Virus record (IMG/VR): IMGVR_UViG_3300042305_001773
Location: 62,001 to 126,000 of that record
Length of the DNA: 64,000 nucleotides
Reading direction: 5' to 3' (one strand)
Shown piece by piece: positions 48,701 through 57,475 of this stretch (its first letter is position 1; each line of letters opens with the position of its first letter). The notes under the pieces were generated by a model, which did no database searches, was not told the DNA's origin, and saw only the letters and a program-made list of their open reading frames with translations. The position numbers and the translations under genes are program-made.

Positions 48701-48882
48701 GCGCTCGCCTCGTCAATCTCGTCGCCCAACGCTACGGCGTGCGCGATAAAGTCTGGGCCGGCCGGCGGCATACCCGGTTCCGTAAGCGGAATGAACGGGT
48801 ATGCCGCGGCCGTAAAATCTTCTGTGTTCGGGTCATACAGCGTCTGGGTTAGACGATGCGTGAGCGAAATACCCTGTGTCAT
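45715..48882 (-). CDS. polA: Family A DNA polymerase with N-terminal family-4 UDG-like domain and 3'-5' exonuclease
   Basis: IVGKLPG..HPAFVVR (UDG-like); IAIDCEW ExoI; TGRASS..PPLQNL; motif A ETDLTGAEL; motif B RVAAKNVNFGIPYG; motif C LQIHDAI. Confidence 0.93.
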   Translation of the reverse strand: MTQGISLTHRLTQTLYDPNTEDFTAAAYPFIPLTEPGMPPAGPDFIAHAVALGDEIDEASAKKKKAVPVGTHLTNLYRNALYRPDFHLPISHKSSKDLIPVPFLPGHRWGKRGAAVEMYGPWRKAKVMIVGKLPGYYEMESLNATAGPAMNMMADIFEECGISPEAYEDWYVTFACKFAPPMEITAVPAAWIKNCAILLEQEIRIVQPEFILCLGNEATKAVMRTTGAITGLAGRILDVSSVDTDGNPRTMKALSVMHPAFVVRKPEVTEDFVGQIRRFKALIHDEILDEEAVDHADVYTEAALAEIVDEMVSDPDPNANIIAIDCEWHGEYPTEEGAYLRTVQISNKDKWARTIVLRHQGGAEAFQPNLDAARRQLTRLLKSTPERNVRVGGHFFRADLPWLFDFGVDVRPEYAPAEDPDDRTHGGWDTSLMYHAVNECARYGLDECSMRFTAAPTYWEPLDHWKKKYRSDNKLKASEVGGYGECPAHILHPYASYDVDVTRRIMMRFYGTNGKDGLIARSSTGHDCWLPYWTAHNSSLAFLEMEMTGLEIDRNRADELTTLFMNTQERLLAEIREELQWPAFNPKSQPQLAIALFGRDFADRYTNSPPIPEDAQTLDLRPVKTTGKRPVLWNEMSYRGINPETATPSTDKESLGILGHMNSTAAKIRDYKFISQVLQSVLRKPAETEDGEYELDENGNYTYEKGLVGCVHSDGKVRTHMFQTKETGRASSSRPPLQNLSSRREDDYKRILGKDKYQHPVRSILRVPKGCIGIETDLTGAELAVLAWLSQDKNMIEHVRRNLLPEDHPDHYDIHSQQAVKTFRLSGVTPTKQGMVDAGVKGLRVAAKNVNFGIPYGRGSEALARQCKEEGHDVTADQCQAMIDAYFQSYPGTKTFLAECRMRSQDPGWLVGPYGRFRRFMPTKDRAVRGEQERQAQNFPIQGGVADAVSIALYNFYKYRAEHSDIDYKIALQIHDAIVLIVPLEHAERLYKEVIPACMIDGVPFWPHRLDGTKIDVAEPYHFGMSRDVFFHWGENLKPEKSRGLGVDWFCDEKG

Positions 48883-48888
48883 AACGCC

Positions 48889-49974
48889 TCATAACAAAAA
48901 CGAAAGATCAGCCGTCACGTCAACAGCGTCGGCGGCCGATGACAACATCTCAAACAACTCCGGCCGCGAGTAATCAGCCGGGTCACGATCGTCCGGGAGA
49001 ATAACCGGAACGACATTAACGTTTCTCTGGCAAAGAGCTGCGACAACATGCTCAAGCTCGGTCTGCGCGTCGTGATCGAGGATGACGAACACGGGCTTGT
49101 TCGCCCATGTCGTCGCGATCGTGTTGCACTGCCACGCAGATAACGTCTTACCAAAAATACAGACGCCTGCAACTCCAAGCCGCCACACGCTCGGTACGCC
49201 CTCGACCACTACGGCGGCTGGCTGTTCCGCCGCGTTATCGTAGTTGTAGAGCACCTGACTCTTGCGCATGCCGTTGTAGTACTTGACAGTGTTTCGGCCC
49301 TCTCCAACGACGCGGCCTTGCCAGCCAACTAACTGCCCATGAAAATGAACAGGAATATAAATACGCCCGTGCATAATCCGGTGTTTGTCCAGCCGCGGAT
49401 TTACACACACGCCGATTTTGAACACATCGGCGAGTTCGCGGATATTCGTAAACCCGCGAGAAGCCAAGTACTCGACAGCCGGGTGATACTCCGGCAGCGA
49501 ATCAATCGGCAGGATCTCTCCGGGCGGTTCAATCGTTTCGTGTACCGTGTCGAGCGGTACTGACCTGATTGGCGTACGCGTCATGAATCGCCGGCCGGCG
49601 CCGAACACCATATCTTCAAACTGCTCCAGCCGGCCGGGCTTATCAAGACAGTTTTCGTTGTAGCACACGACCAAATGCGTGTTTGCCCGACGACCATTGC
49701 GAATGTCTGATCCGTACCGATGATTCACCCACAGACGATTTCGCTGGTCACGACAAAACGGACAACACACGCAGTAATACTCACCCCAGCTGCCGCGATA
49801 AGTAGACTTGCCGCGGCGAAGGGGATCATCAAATTGTTCGACCTGCGCGGGCACACCTTCGTTTGCGATAGTTACATCGCCGAATTTGTGCGCGAGCAGG
49901 CCATACAGTACGGGATTCAGGGGATTTGAACTTGGCGTTTTTGAGACCGCCATTTTCATACTGACTCCTCTCAC
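48889..49974 (-). CDS. dnaG: DnaG-like primase
   Basis: CPFC zinc finger, YLASRGF, GWQGR, TOPRIM VVEG, LDHDA, DPAD. Confidence 0.88.
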   Translation of the reverse strand: MRGVSMKMAVSKTPSSNPLNPVLYGLLAHKFGDVTIANEGVPAQVEQFDDPLRRGKSTYRGSWGEYYCVCCPFCRDQRNRLWVNHRYGSDIRNGRRANTHLVVCYNENCLDKPGRLEQFEDMVFGAGRRFMTRTPIRSVPLDTVHETIEPPGEILPIDSLPEYHPAVEYLASRGFTNIRELADVFKIGVCVNPRLDKHRIMHGRIYIPVHFHGQLVGWQGRVVGEGRNTVKYYNGMRKSQVLYNYDNAAEQPAAVVVEGVPSVWRLGVAGVCIFGKTLSAWQCNTIATTWANKPVFVILDHDAQTELEHVVAALCQRNVNVVPVILPDDRDPADYSRPELFEMLSSAADAVDVTADLSFLL

Positions 49975-51680
49975 GACAGCATGTCTTCAGCAAATGTGTC
50001 CACCGGCATAATCCGGCGGGGTGTGGAACGCGGACGCGTGAGCGCCTGCGCTTCTTCCGGCGTAACGGGCGCAATGTCGCCGCGCTGAATGATCCGCTTT
50101 GCCGCTTCAGACGCAGTGTACTCGTCATTCACGAGCCGAATCTCTGCAACCCTATCATCAATCTTGATTAGACCCTTGAGATTATCCGCGCGAAGATACC
50201 GCAACTTAGACCAGTAAATCGTCGACACATGACACGACTCGTCTCGCGCGTTGACGCAAAGGCACGCGTGAAGGTTCTCAGCGAATGACTTTGAACCAGA
50301 CGCGTCGGCGTGCGAAACGTATCGATACGCCGGAATATTCTTGACCTCACCTTGTGCCAGCTGATGCGCCAGCATGATAACCGCACCTGTGGGCACAGCA
50401 ATCCGCGCGCGCAACTGGTCAACAGCGTTTTTAATCGGTCGCGCTAGCGACTCTGCGTACTTCGTCTTGGCGTTTGCGTTCATTTCACGCTCCACCATGA
50501 CGCCGCAATAGTCGATAGCGACAAAACCAATTTCCATTCCACGTTCACGCGCCAGTTGCTCAAGCGCGATAACAATCTCCGCCACACCGCCCGCGCCGCG
50601 GTTGCCTGTCTTTTCGTTTTGCGAAAAGTCCAGATACATGAAGTTATTATTGAACCACGAACTAGCGGCGACCCAGCGTTCACGCTCGCCGAACATTACT
50701 TCGCCGTTTCTGTTTACAGGCAACTCGCGATCGTAGTCTTTGAGATTTTCGGCTGTGGACAGTTCCGCCCAGAAGTCGCGGCCGACTGCAAATAACGAGC
50801 GATCGATCTGCGCGGCGGCAGACCAGAACGTCGGATTCATCTTTTCGGCAGGATCTTCGTAGCCGATAAACACGGACAGTTTATTGGGCGAGTTGGCGGC
50901 GTACTGCTGCGCCATACGGACAGCCGTAACTGCCAGAAGTGTCGTCTTACCGCCGCCATACGGCCCTAAGACGCCAATAATGTCGCCGGCCCGAAAGCCC
51001 TGCAAATACTCGTCAATAAACGGAAGCGTGGTCGGAACAGCAACCGGCGGGAGCGCGATAGGTTGCCCGATTTCGGGCATCATGGCCGCATTCTCGAAGC
51101 TCTTACCCAAAGCGTCGACCGACTGCGCTCTCCTTGTCCATTGCGCCAACTGCGCCTCTAGATTATCTGGCGCGCCGCCAAACGTATTTAATACCGCCTG
51201 CGCCTCACTTTTGATCATCCGCTCGCGAATAAACCGCCGAACAATATCTTCGATGTATGACTTTTCGGCGCGAGCTTCGACTTCAGGCAGCGGCGCGGCG
51301 TTAAAAGACTCATCGACAAATCGGACCAGCGCCTCAATCGCTTCGTTGCTTAAGGCAATAGCCGCCGTACCAGCAGCGGCGCTATCGCGCCACGCAAGCA
51401 GCCGGGTGGTGATCATATCAGCCGTCAGCGCGCCGAACTGCTCGTTCAATTCTTTCATCGACGCAAACAGGTAATAAAACGGCAGCTCGTCAGTCGAATG
51501 GCCGAAATGACTGGGCGACAGACCGACGCGCAACGAATCTCGCAGCAGCGCTGGATACCGTAAAAGACCCGAAATCATTGTGCCGATCTCGGGCGTTGTT
51601 ACCGCGTCAACTGCTCTTGGCTTTTCATCCATGAATTCACTCGGCATCGTAATTTCTCCAATGCTGCCGTATCTCGACAA
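49971..51680 (-). CDS. dnaB: DnaB-like replicative helicase
   Basis: GPYGGGKTT Walker A, VAIDYCG Walker B, LAHQL; start possibly MPSEF. Confidence 0.85.
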   Translation of the reverse strand: MSRYGSIGEITMPSEFMDEKPRAVDAVTTPEIGTMISGLLRYPALLRDSLRVGLSPSHFGHSTDELPFYYLFASMKELNEQFGALTADMITTRLLAWRDSAAAGTAAIALSNEAIEALVRFVDESFNAAPLPEVEARAEKSYIEDIVRRFIRERMIKSEAQAVLNTFGGAPDNLEAQLAQWTRRAQSVDALGKSFENAAMMPEIGQPIALPPVAVPTTLPFIDEYLQGFRAGDIIGVLGPYGGGKTTLLAVTAVRMAQQYAANSPNKLSVFIGYEDPAEKMNPTFWSAAAQIDRSLFAVGRDFWAELSTAENLKDYDRELPVNRNGEVMFGERERWVAASSWFNNNFMYLDFSQNEKTGNRGAGGVAEIVIALEQLARERGMEIGFVAIDYCGVMVEREMNANAKTKYAESLARPIKNAVDQLRARIAVPTGAVIMLAHQLAQGEVKNIPAYRYVSHADASGSKSFAENLHACLCVNARDESCHVSTIYWSKLRYLRADNLKGLIKIDDRVAEIRLVNDEYTASEAAKRIIQRGDIAPVTPEEAQALTRPRSTPRRIMPVDTFAEDMLS

Positions 51681-52407
51681 CGCCTAATTTAATCTCGTTC
51701 TCTATCCACCATTTGTATTCTGGATGCGCGGTCATGACAGCGGCATATGACCGTTGCTGCGCTTCGTAATCGAGCGCGGCTTTCCACAGATAGCGCTCTA
51801 CTGCTTTTTCACAGTTACGACGGGCCGCAAACGCGTTTCGAAAAAACGGTGTTGCGGTGACATAACTTTCGTCGCAGAGTACATATAGCTCCTGCGCGGC
51901 CTCTGGCATTTTGTATATCGCAGTTGTCGACATGCGTAAATGCAACGTCTCTGCCGCCACGTAAAAACGATCTTTGATTATCCGCGGCATGTGCGCCATG
52001 TAGTCGCGGTAAATCTCAGCCGATTTGGCGCTGTATAAAACAGACGGGCGCATTTCCGTCAGCCGCTGGTGGCCCGTTGAAATGCGTTCTGTGGCGAGCG
52101 CCGAGAAATGCGCATACACCCAGCCGCCAAGATCCGCGCCTGCGCGCTCTGCCGCGCGCAGAATTTTGCCCCAGACGGGCGTGTGCTTCACGCCAAAGTT
52201 ATCTTTACCACCATCCCACGCCGGCCTACGTTTCAGATGGGCAGGCGCTTCCCAGTCAGCGACGCGCTCGTTGAGATGAATATATTGGTACCGGATATAC
52301 GCAAGTTTTTGCGCGTCGGTGAGCGTGTGGTACCAGTCGACCGACAAGATATCTGAATCAATCTCCGCTGTCTGCGTCGCGGGTTCGCCAAGAGCGCTGC
52401 GCGTCAT
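51637..52407 (-). CDS. Hypothetical replication-cluster protein
   Basis: Start reassigned to MTRSALGEP; lies between the two helicase genes. Confidence 0.65.
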   Translation of the reverse strand: MTRSALGEPATQTAEIDSDILSVDWYHTLTDAQKLAYIRYQYIHLNERVADWEAPAHLKRRPAWDGGKDNFGVKHTPVWGKILRAAERAGADLGGWVYAHFSALATERISTGHQRLTEMRPSVLYSAKSAEIYRDYMAHMPRIIKDRFYVAAETLHLRMSTTAIYKMPEAAQELYVLCDESYVTATPFFRNAFAARRNCEKAVERYLWKAALDYEAQQRSYAAVMTAHPEYKWWIENEIKLGVVEIRQHWRNYDAE

Positions 52408-53896
52408 GCCAATTCTGCTCCCATCCGAGGAGTTTGTAGCTGTTTCGTCGACCCAGACTCTTCCGGTAGAAGGTCGGGTCGAACGTGTCCATGCAATCCA
52501 GTACTTCGCCAAATTCTTTCCGCGTGCCGTCTGGGGCTGTGTAAATTCGGCTTACACGCCCCGGACCCTGCACGTCCACAATATCGCTATCACGGTCATC
52601 GGCGCGGACAAGAACGTTTAGTTGTTCAAAGTCAACGCCGGTGGCCCATACATCCGTGGCGATTACGCGCTTGAGTTGTCCAGACTCGAAATTAGAGCGC
52701 ATGTCGTATTTCTGTATATCTGTGAGTGGTTTGTAATCGGCGGGCAGAAGACCCTTTTTCCGATAACCAGCACAGTCATACGGCGACATGTTTCCATATA
52801 CGAGACTGAAATCAGGCAATTGCGCGCCGAGATGAACAGCGTGTTCAATCGTCTCTACGAGGATCAAAATCTGATGCGATTCTGGGTATCCCCGCACGGC
52901 TTCGGCGATGATACGGTTCCGCTCGTGGTTTGTCCAGATGCCGTATCGCTTTCGTGCCACGCGGTTGCCGTAGCGCTCTGCAGGGTTTGACCGCAGCCGC
53001 ATGGGCAGCCAATTCACGCGCACCGGAACAACCAGCCCAAGCTCTACCGCGTTCTGATAAGTCAGCTCAAACACCATTGGACCGAACATAGGCTCAAGCA
53101 CAGCATGAGCGTTATCCATCCGTGCATATGGCGTCGCGCTCAAACCGAAATTGCGGCTCGTGCGGTACCGCGCTGCCAACGCTGTTGAAAAGTTCAGCGT
53201 GGCAAGTTGGTGAACTTCGTCCGCGAACAGAAAATCTGCGTCACCATCGGAGTGCGCCAAGCTGCCGGCCGTAATCACGGTCACGCGCTCCCACTGTTTC
53301 CAACCGTCGCCTACGCGACCTACCTTCGGCAAAAGCCGTTTCAGGCTGCGCACGATGCGGTCGGCCACGTCGACTGACTTGGTGACAACGTGGATCTTGG
53401 CGGTCGGAAACAACAGCGCTGCCGCGCCAATCAGGGTTGTTTTGCCGAACCCCGTGACGGCTTTGATAATCCCGCACGGTACGCGAGAAATCGTACGTAG
53501 GCACTCTTCCTGTCTGGCGCGGAACGTGATCCGGCCGTCGAGGTTTTCCCACTGCGGCGTGAAGCAGTCTGGGCGTTTTCTTTGACCAGATCTGTCAACG
53601 AGCAACGTGGGGCAGCCAAGTTTCTTAAGCCTGTTCACCATGCGGGCTAAATATCCGCTGAGCACAATCACATGTCCGTGCTCAACCCGGTGCAGCTTAT
53701 ATTCTTTCGTTTGAAAGAACATTCGCTGCCCGGTAATCGGATCTCGGCGCGCGCCACCGTGAACCTGCTCGACATGCGAATACCGCAAGTCGTGCGTGAG
53801 CCGTTTAATCAGCTCGTCGTTCAGCGGTGCGTTATCAGCGCCGGTGAGCGTTAAAACGTTTCCAACGCGTGTAATTGTTACAGGCTGAGCAATCAT
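52358..53896 (-). CDS. Superfamily 2 helicase (UvsW/ResIII-like)
   Basis: RARQEEC, AVTGFGKT, DEVH, GLSATP, ATDVWATGVDF, QGPGRVSR. Start reassigned to MIAQPV. Confidence 0.92.
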   Translation of the reverse strand: MIAQPVTITRVGNVLTLTGADNAPLNDELIKRLTHDLRYSHVEQVHGGARRDPITGQRMFFQTKEYKLHRVEHGHVIVLSGYLARMVNRLKKLGCPTLLVDRSGQRKRPDCFTPQWENLDGRITFRARQEECLRTISRVPCGIIKAVTGFGKTTLIGAAALLFPTAKIHVVTKSVDVADRIVRSLKRLLPKVGRVGDGWKQWERVTVITAGSLAHSDGDADFLFADEVHQLATLNFSTALAARYRTSRNFGLSATPYARMDNAHAVLEPMFGPMVFELTYQNAVELGLVVPVRVNWLPMRLRSNPAERYGNRVARKRYGIWTNHERNRIIAEAVRGYPESHQILILVETIEHAVHLGAQLPDFSLVYGNMSPYDCAGYRKKGLLPADYKPLTDIQKYDMRSNFESGQLKRVIATDVWATGVDFEQLNVLVRADDRDSDIVDVQGPGRVSRIYTAPDGTRKEFGEVLDCMDTFDPTFYRKSLGRRNSYKLLGWEQNWHDAQRSWRTRDADSGD

Positions 53897-53897
53897 A

Positions 53898-54395
53898 CTA
53901 GCCGTCGCTTCCCGGTCCTGAGACGGGCTCGACGGAAAGGACTTCAAATGTCCCATACTTTTCCTGCGCGTTGTTGAACGGGGAGAAGCCCCGGTACTTT
54001 CCAACTAAAGTGAGTAAATGCACAAAGTCTCCCAATGAAATCTCGTCTGGAAGCACCGCCGACAATATCACAATGTCGCCGGGGCGAAAAGCCTCGTGCA
54101 GCGCGTAGTGGCTACGCATCTGATTATCAGCTTGCGGCGTCAAAATCGTACGGCGCCAGTCGTTGCGCGGCTCGCCCATAACGATCGGGCACCAGTCGAT
54201 TTTTTTGACGTCACTGTGGTGCCGGTTGGCGATCTTGGCTGCGTAGCGCATGCAAGCCAGCCACGCAGACGGCAAGAACATAACCCGCTGACTTGGGTCG
54301 CGGTCAAAGCAGAAAATAATTTGGCCGTGACGCCGCTTTTTTGCCGAGCCAAGGCAAACACGGTTGAACCGGATTTTGATAGTTATTTCTTGCAT
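53898..54395 (-). CDS. Stand-alone Cas7-group RAMP-like protein (165 aa)
   Basis: ITIKIRFNRVCLGS (beta1+G); FDRDPSQRVMFLPSAWLACMR (RD..P.IPGSS.KG..R equivalent); HEAFRPGDIVILSAV; GKYRGFSPF..KYGTFEV (modified G-rich loop). Confidence 0.65.
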   Translation of the reverse strand: MQEITIKIRFNRVCLGSAKKRRHGQIIFCFDRDPSQRVMFLPSAWLACMRYAAKIANRHHSDVKKIDWCPIVMGEPRNDWRRTILTPQADNQMRSHYALHEAFRPGDIVILSAVLPDEISLGDFVHLLTLVGKYRGFSPFNNAQEKYGTFEVLSVEPVSGPGSDG

Positions 54396-54396
54396 G

Positions 54397-55338
54397 TCAC
54401 TGCTGCTTCGTGCTCATATGCTCCGCGTACGCTGCTCGCTCGGCCGGCGTTTTGAAAAACAAGTTGGGTGCGAACAAACCGTCTTTTGCGCCGCGCCGGT
54501 TTTCTAAACTGTCGAGCCAGTTGTAGCGTAAATAGCGCACAAATGCCTGCGACGCGCGTAGGTCGCCCTTAGCGCCGCCCCGCACAGCTTTGTGAATGCG
54601 ATACAGAAAGTTTGCTGGGTCCTGCAGATCGACATCCGCGGGCTCAACAGTCTTCCACGCCCGCAAAACGTTCGCGCAGCGCAGTTCACGGCTTTTGTGT
54701 AACAACCGTTTTGGCGTCGATACGTGCTCTTGTACTTGCGGCGTTAAACCTAAAAACAACTCAAGCTTTGCGGCGCGATCAGGAGCTTTTCTGTCGACGT
54801 ACCAGCGCGGGTCAACGATAGTCGCCAAAAGCTGTGCTGCGACCTCGCCGTCCAGCGTCGGTATGAACGCCAAAGCTTTGTGCGCAGGGTGCATACGAAA
54901 ATAGGCTTTCGCCGCATCATCAAACACAAAGTTAGCGCGCTGGAGTCGCCCGATCATGGCGTACGTCGGATAATCATGGACTGAGAGCTTGTGCCACCCG
55001 CCTGCAGCCGGGGCTACGTCTACGCTGCGCATTCGCCGCAGTACGATCTGTGGGTCGGCAATCTCTTCTGCCGTGTGCAGCACGTTTGGCCCCGCCACCT
55101 CGACACGATTGATCTCGTTTTTGTAGTGCCGCAGATACAACGCAGAAATAAGCTCTGCATTCTGCGGTAGCCCCAGCACGCGCACCTGTAAGCCTATGCC
55201 GGTCAGCACCGGAGACAGTAAAAACGAATCAAGCAATTGATCTGAATTTGTCGCCGGACCAATGCCGACAGAAAACCAGATCCGCCCATCTGTGTGGGTG
55301 TGCAGTTTGATTACGTTTTCGTCAACTACGCTGTACAT
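54397..55338 (-). CDS. IS110/Nop(Tas)-like protein, apparently inactivated
   Basis: AFIPTLDGEVAAQLLATIVDPRWY..AKLELFLGLTP matches the IS110 Tnp/Nop IPGIG..AA.LLAEI.D..RF...L..Y.GL.P motif; C-terminal RASQAFVRYLRYNW helix; no DEDD or SG catalytic motifs seen. Confidence 0.6.
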   Translation of the reverse strand: MYSVVDENVIKLHTHTDGRIWFSVGIGPATNSDQLLDSFLLSPVLTGIGLQVRVLGLPQNAELISALYLRHYKNEINRVEVAGPNVLHTAEEIADPQIVLRRMRSVDVAPAAGGWHKLSVHDYPTYAMIGRLQRANFVFDDAAKAYFRMHPAHKALAFIPTLDGEVAAQLLATIVDPRWYVDRKAPDRAAKLELFLGLTPQVQEHVSTPKRLLHKSRELRCANVLRAWKTVEPADVDLQDPANFLYRIHKAVRGGAKGDLRASQAFVRYLRYNWLDSLENRRGAKDGLFAPNLFFKTPAERAAYAEHMSTKQQ

Positions 55339-57475
55339 GCCGTAACTCCGGTGCCTCTAATTCAATTGCTGATTCAAACAGATGCGAAAGATTAATCGCG
55401 TGCGTGACGAGCAAACACTGCAAACCTTTTGCTGTGGATAGCTCGCGTAGCTTCTCTAGAACCGGCGCTAATGCCTGAATACGCGGCTGATCCAAAGACG
55501 CAGTCGGCTCGTCCAGCGCGAGTAAGCCGATTTCTTCGGCAAACATGGCGTTGACGGCGACTCGAAACGCAAGTGCCAAGACGGTTTTTTGCCCGACGGA
55601 CAATCGCTGGGCGACTTGTCGGCGGCCGTCAAAGAATTCGGCGATAAATGTCGGTGTTCCATCCGTGGCCACCTTGATAACAAAATTAACACGAAACACT
55701 TGCAGCAGCTCGTTAATCGCTGACTCTAGCCGCTGGAGGTTGCGCTGGGCGACTAGGCGCGGAGCGTTCTTCAGGGCCTCTCGTGCTGTTTCGGCAACAC
55801 CCGACCAACTGCGCAATTTCTTAGCCCGCTGTTCTTGCTGTCTAACCTCCGCTGCCTGCTCGTCAAAACGCTTCTTCTCAAACAAAATTTGCGCGCGCTG
55901 ATCAGCCAGTCCGGTTCGCGTCTTCAACTGATCCTGCAACTGGTGCAGACGTGTCTGCGATAAATGGGCGTCGGCCTGTGTTACCGAGATCTCTGCTAAC
56001 TCTTCCTCTAGCTGCTTTTTGCGCGACCGTAACGCTTCGATGGCCCCGTTGACCTGTGCGCGTTCTTCACGCGCTTTCTGCGCCAACGGTTCAATCTCTT
56101 TTTTGACGCGCTGAAATTCTTCGTAATCAACTACCGCCTGTTGCAGCGCGTCCTCGCTCAACTCCGGCGGCTTCACGGCCAGCAGGTCTTTTTCCGCCGC
56201 ATTAAGCTGCTGTTCTTTTGCTTCCCGGGCTTTCTGTCTCTTTTCCCAGTCCTGCCACACACCTTCTTTAAATGTCTGCTGGCTCGCGGCCTGTTTCCAC
56301 TCCGCTAACTCTTCTTCCATTTTAACAAGGTCGGCTTTGTACTGTTCAACCTGTGAGGCAAGCTGCGACGACGGCGTATGGCACGTCGGGCACTCGGCAA
56401 TGCCGTCTGCCGAAAACATATCAATAAAACGCTTGGCCTCTTTGATGCGCTGCTCTTTTGCGTGCTGATCGCGGCGCATCTCTTCTGCTGTCGGTAGGCC
56501 GGGTTTTTCTGGCTGCTGGTCTTTCTCTCGCTCAGCGTCGAGTTGTGCCCGCGTAGCTTGAAAGTTTTCTTTCGCCTTTGCCACGCTCTTGTAGCTTGCC
56601 CAGTGACCCAGCGCGACTCTCGCGGCAGCGTGAGACTCTTCCTGCCCGTTAGCCGCCTCTGTCAGCGCAAGTAAGTCGGCGTCGTACTGCGCAGACGCGT
56701 TAACAAGGTCATCCAGCTTTTTTTGCTGCAGCTCCAGCTGCTGTTCGAGCTTCGACAGCTCGCCCGCACCGCGCTCCCGCGCGTCCCACTGCTGAATCGT
56801 CGCTTGATCAGACCGCATGTGCGACAGGATGTCGTCGGGGTTGGGCAACTTCGCCATCTGCTCCGACAACGCCTGCGCCCGCTTGGCCGCGTCGCTGGCC
56901 TGCGCGTCTAACTCGTCAGCCGTCTGCACGATCTCGGGAATGTTTAGCTTTGTCAAAGACTTGCCGATCGCGTCCTGACACTTGTCAGCACGAGCGGTGT
57001 TAAACAACCGCTGAAAAAACTTATCTGTGTCGGTCTGATTATCGTCGATGAACGAGAAGATCTCGGTCTGCGACACAATAATGAACCGGCTGATGAATTT
57101 AGCGTCGACGCCCAGCAGCTTTTCGATGCCGGCGGTCACGCTCTTGTCGCCGCGGCCTATTTCTTTGCCGTCCACGAGCAGCGTGGCCTGCTCTTTCTCC
57201 GGGAGCAGGTGCCGCGTCACAACGGCGATATGCCCGTTGTGCTCGAACTCTAGCGTGGCGTACGCCGGTTCACCTTCGCGAGCATATTGCGAAATGTTGT
57301 CGGACTTTACGCCAAAATTTGGATTCTCGCCGGTGAGCAACCACCGAATCGCCCCGAACAAGCTGCTCTTGCCCGAACCGTTTTCGCCGAGAATCGCCAC
57401 CAGCCCGCGCGTGAACTCACACACTCGATAGCGGTGGTGTACCCAGTTCTTCACTTCCAGTCTCAAGAGCTGCAT
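55322..57475 (-). CDS. sbcC: SbcC/Rad50 ATPase
   Basis: GENGSGKSS, coiled coil with CPTC hook, LSVGQK signature, LDEPT, LLVTH. Confidence 0.94.
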   Translation of the reverse strand: MQLLRLEVKNWVHHRYRVCEFTRGLVAILGENGSGKSSLFGAIRWLLTGENPNFGVKSDNISQYAREGEPAYATLEFEHNGHIAVVTRHLLPEKEQATLLVDGKEIGRGDKSVTAGIEKLLGVDAKFISRFIIVSQTEIFSFIDDNQTDTDKFFQRLFNTARADKCQDAIGKSLTKLNIPEIVQTADELDAQASDAAKRAQALSEQMAKLPNPDDILSHMRSDQATIQQWDARERGAGELSKLEQQLELQQKKLDDLVNASAQYDADLLALTEAANGQEESHAAARVALGHWASYKSVAKAKENFQATRAQLDAEREKDQQPEKPGLPTAEEMRRDQHAKEQRIKEAKRFIDMFSADGIAECPTCHTPSSQLASQVEQYKADLVKMEEELAEWKQAASQQTFKEGVWQDWEKRQKAREAKEQQLNAAEKDLLAVKPPELSEDALQQAVVDYEEFQRVKKEIEPLAQKAREERAQVNGAIEALRSRKKQLEEELAEISVTQADAHLSQTRLHQLQDQLKTRTGLADQRAQILFEKKRFDEQAAEVRQQEQRAKKLRSWSGVAETAREALKNAPRLVAQRNLQRLESAINELLQVFRVNFVIKVATDGTPTFIAEFFDGRRQVAQRLSVGQKTVLALAFRVAVNAMFAEEIGLLALDEPTASLDQPRIQALAPVLEKLRELSTAKGLQCLLVTHAINLSHLFESAIELEAPELRHVQRS

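Noticed and set aside
54397-55338. Active IS110 insertion sequence
   Set aside because: No non-coding ends, overlap or 1-nt coupling with both neighbours, and no DEDD or serine catalytic motifs.
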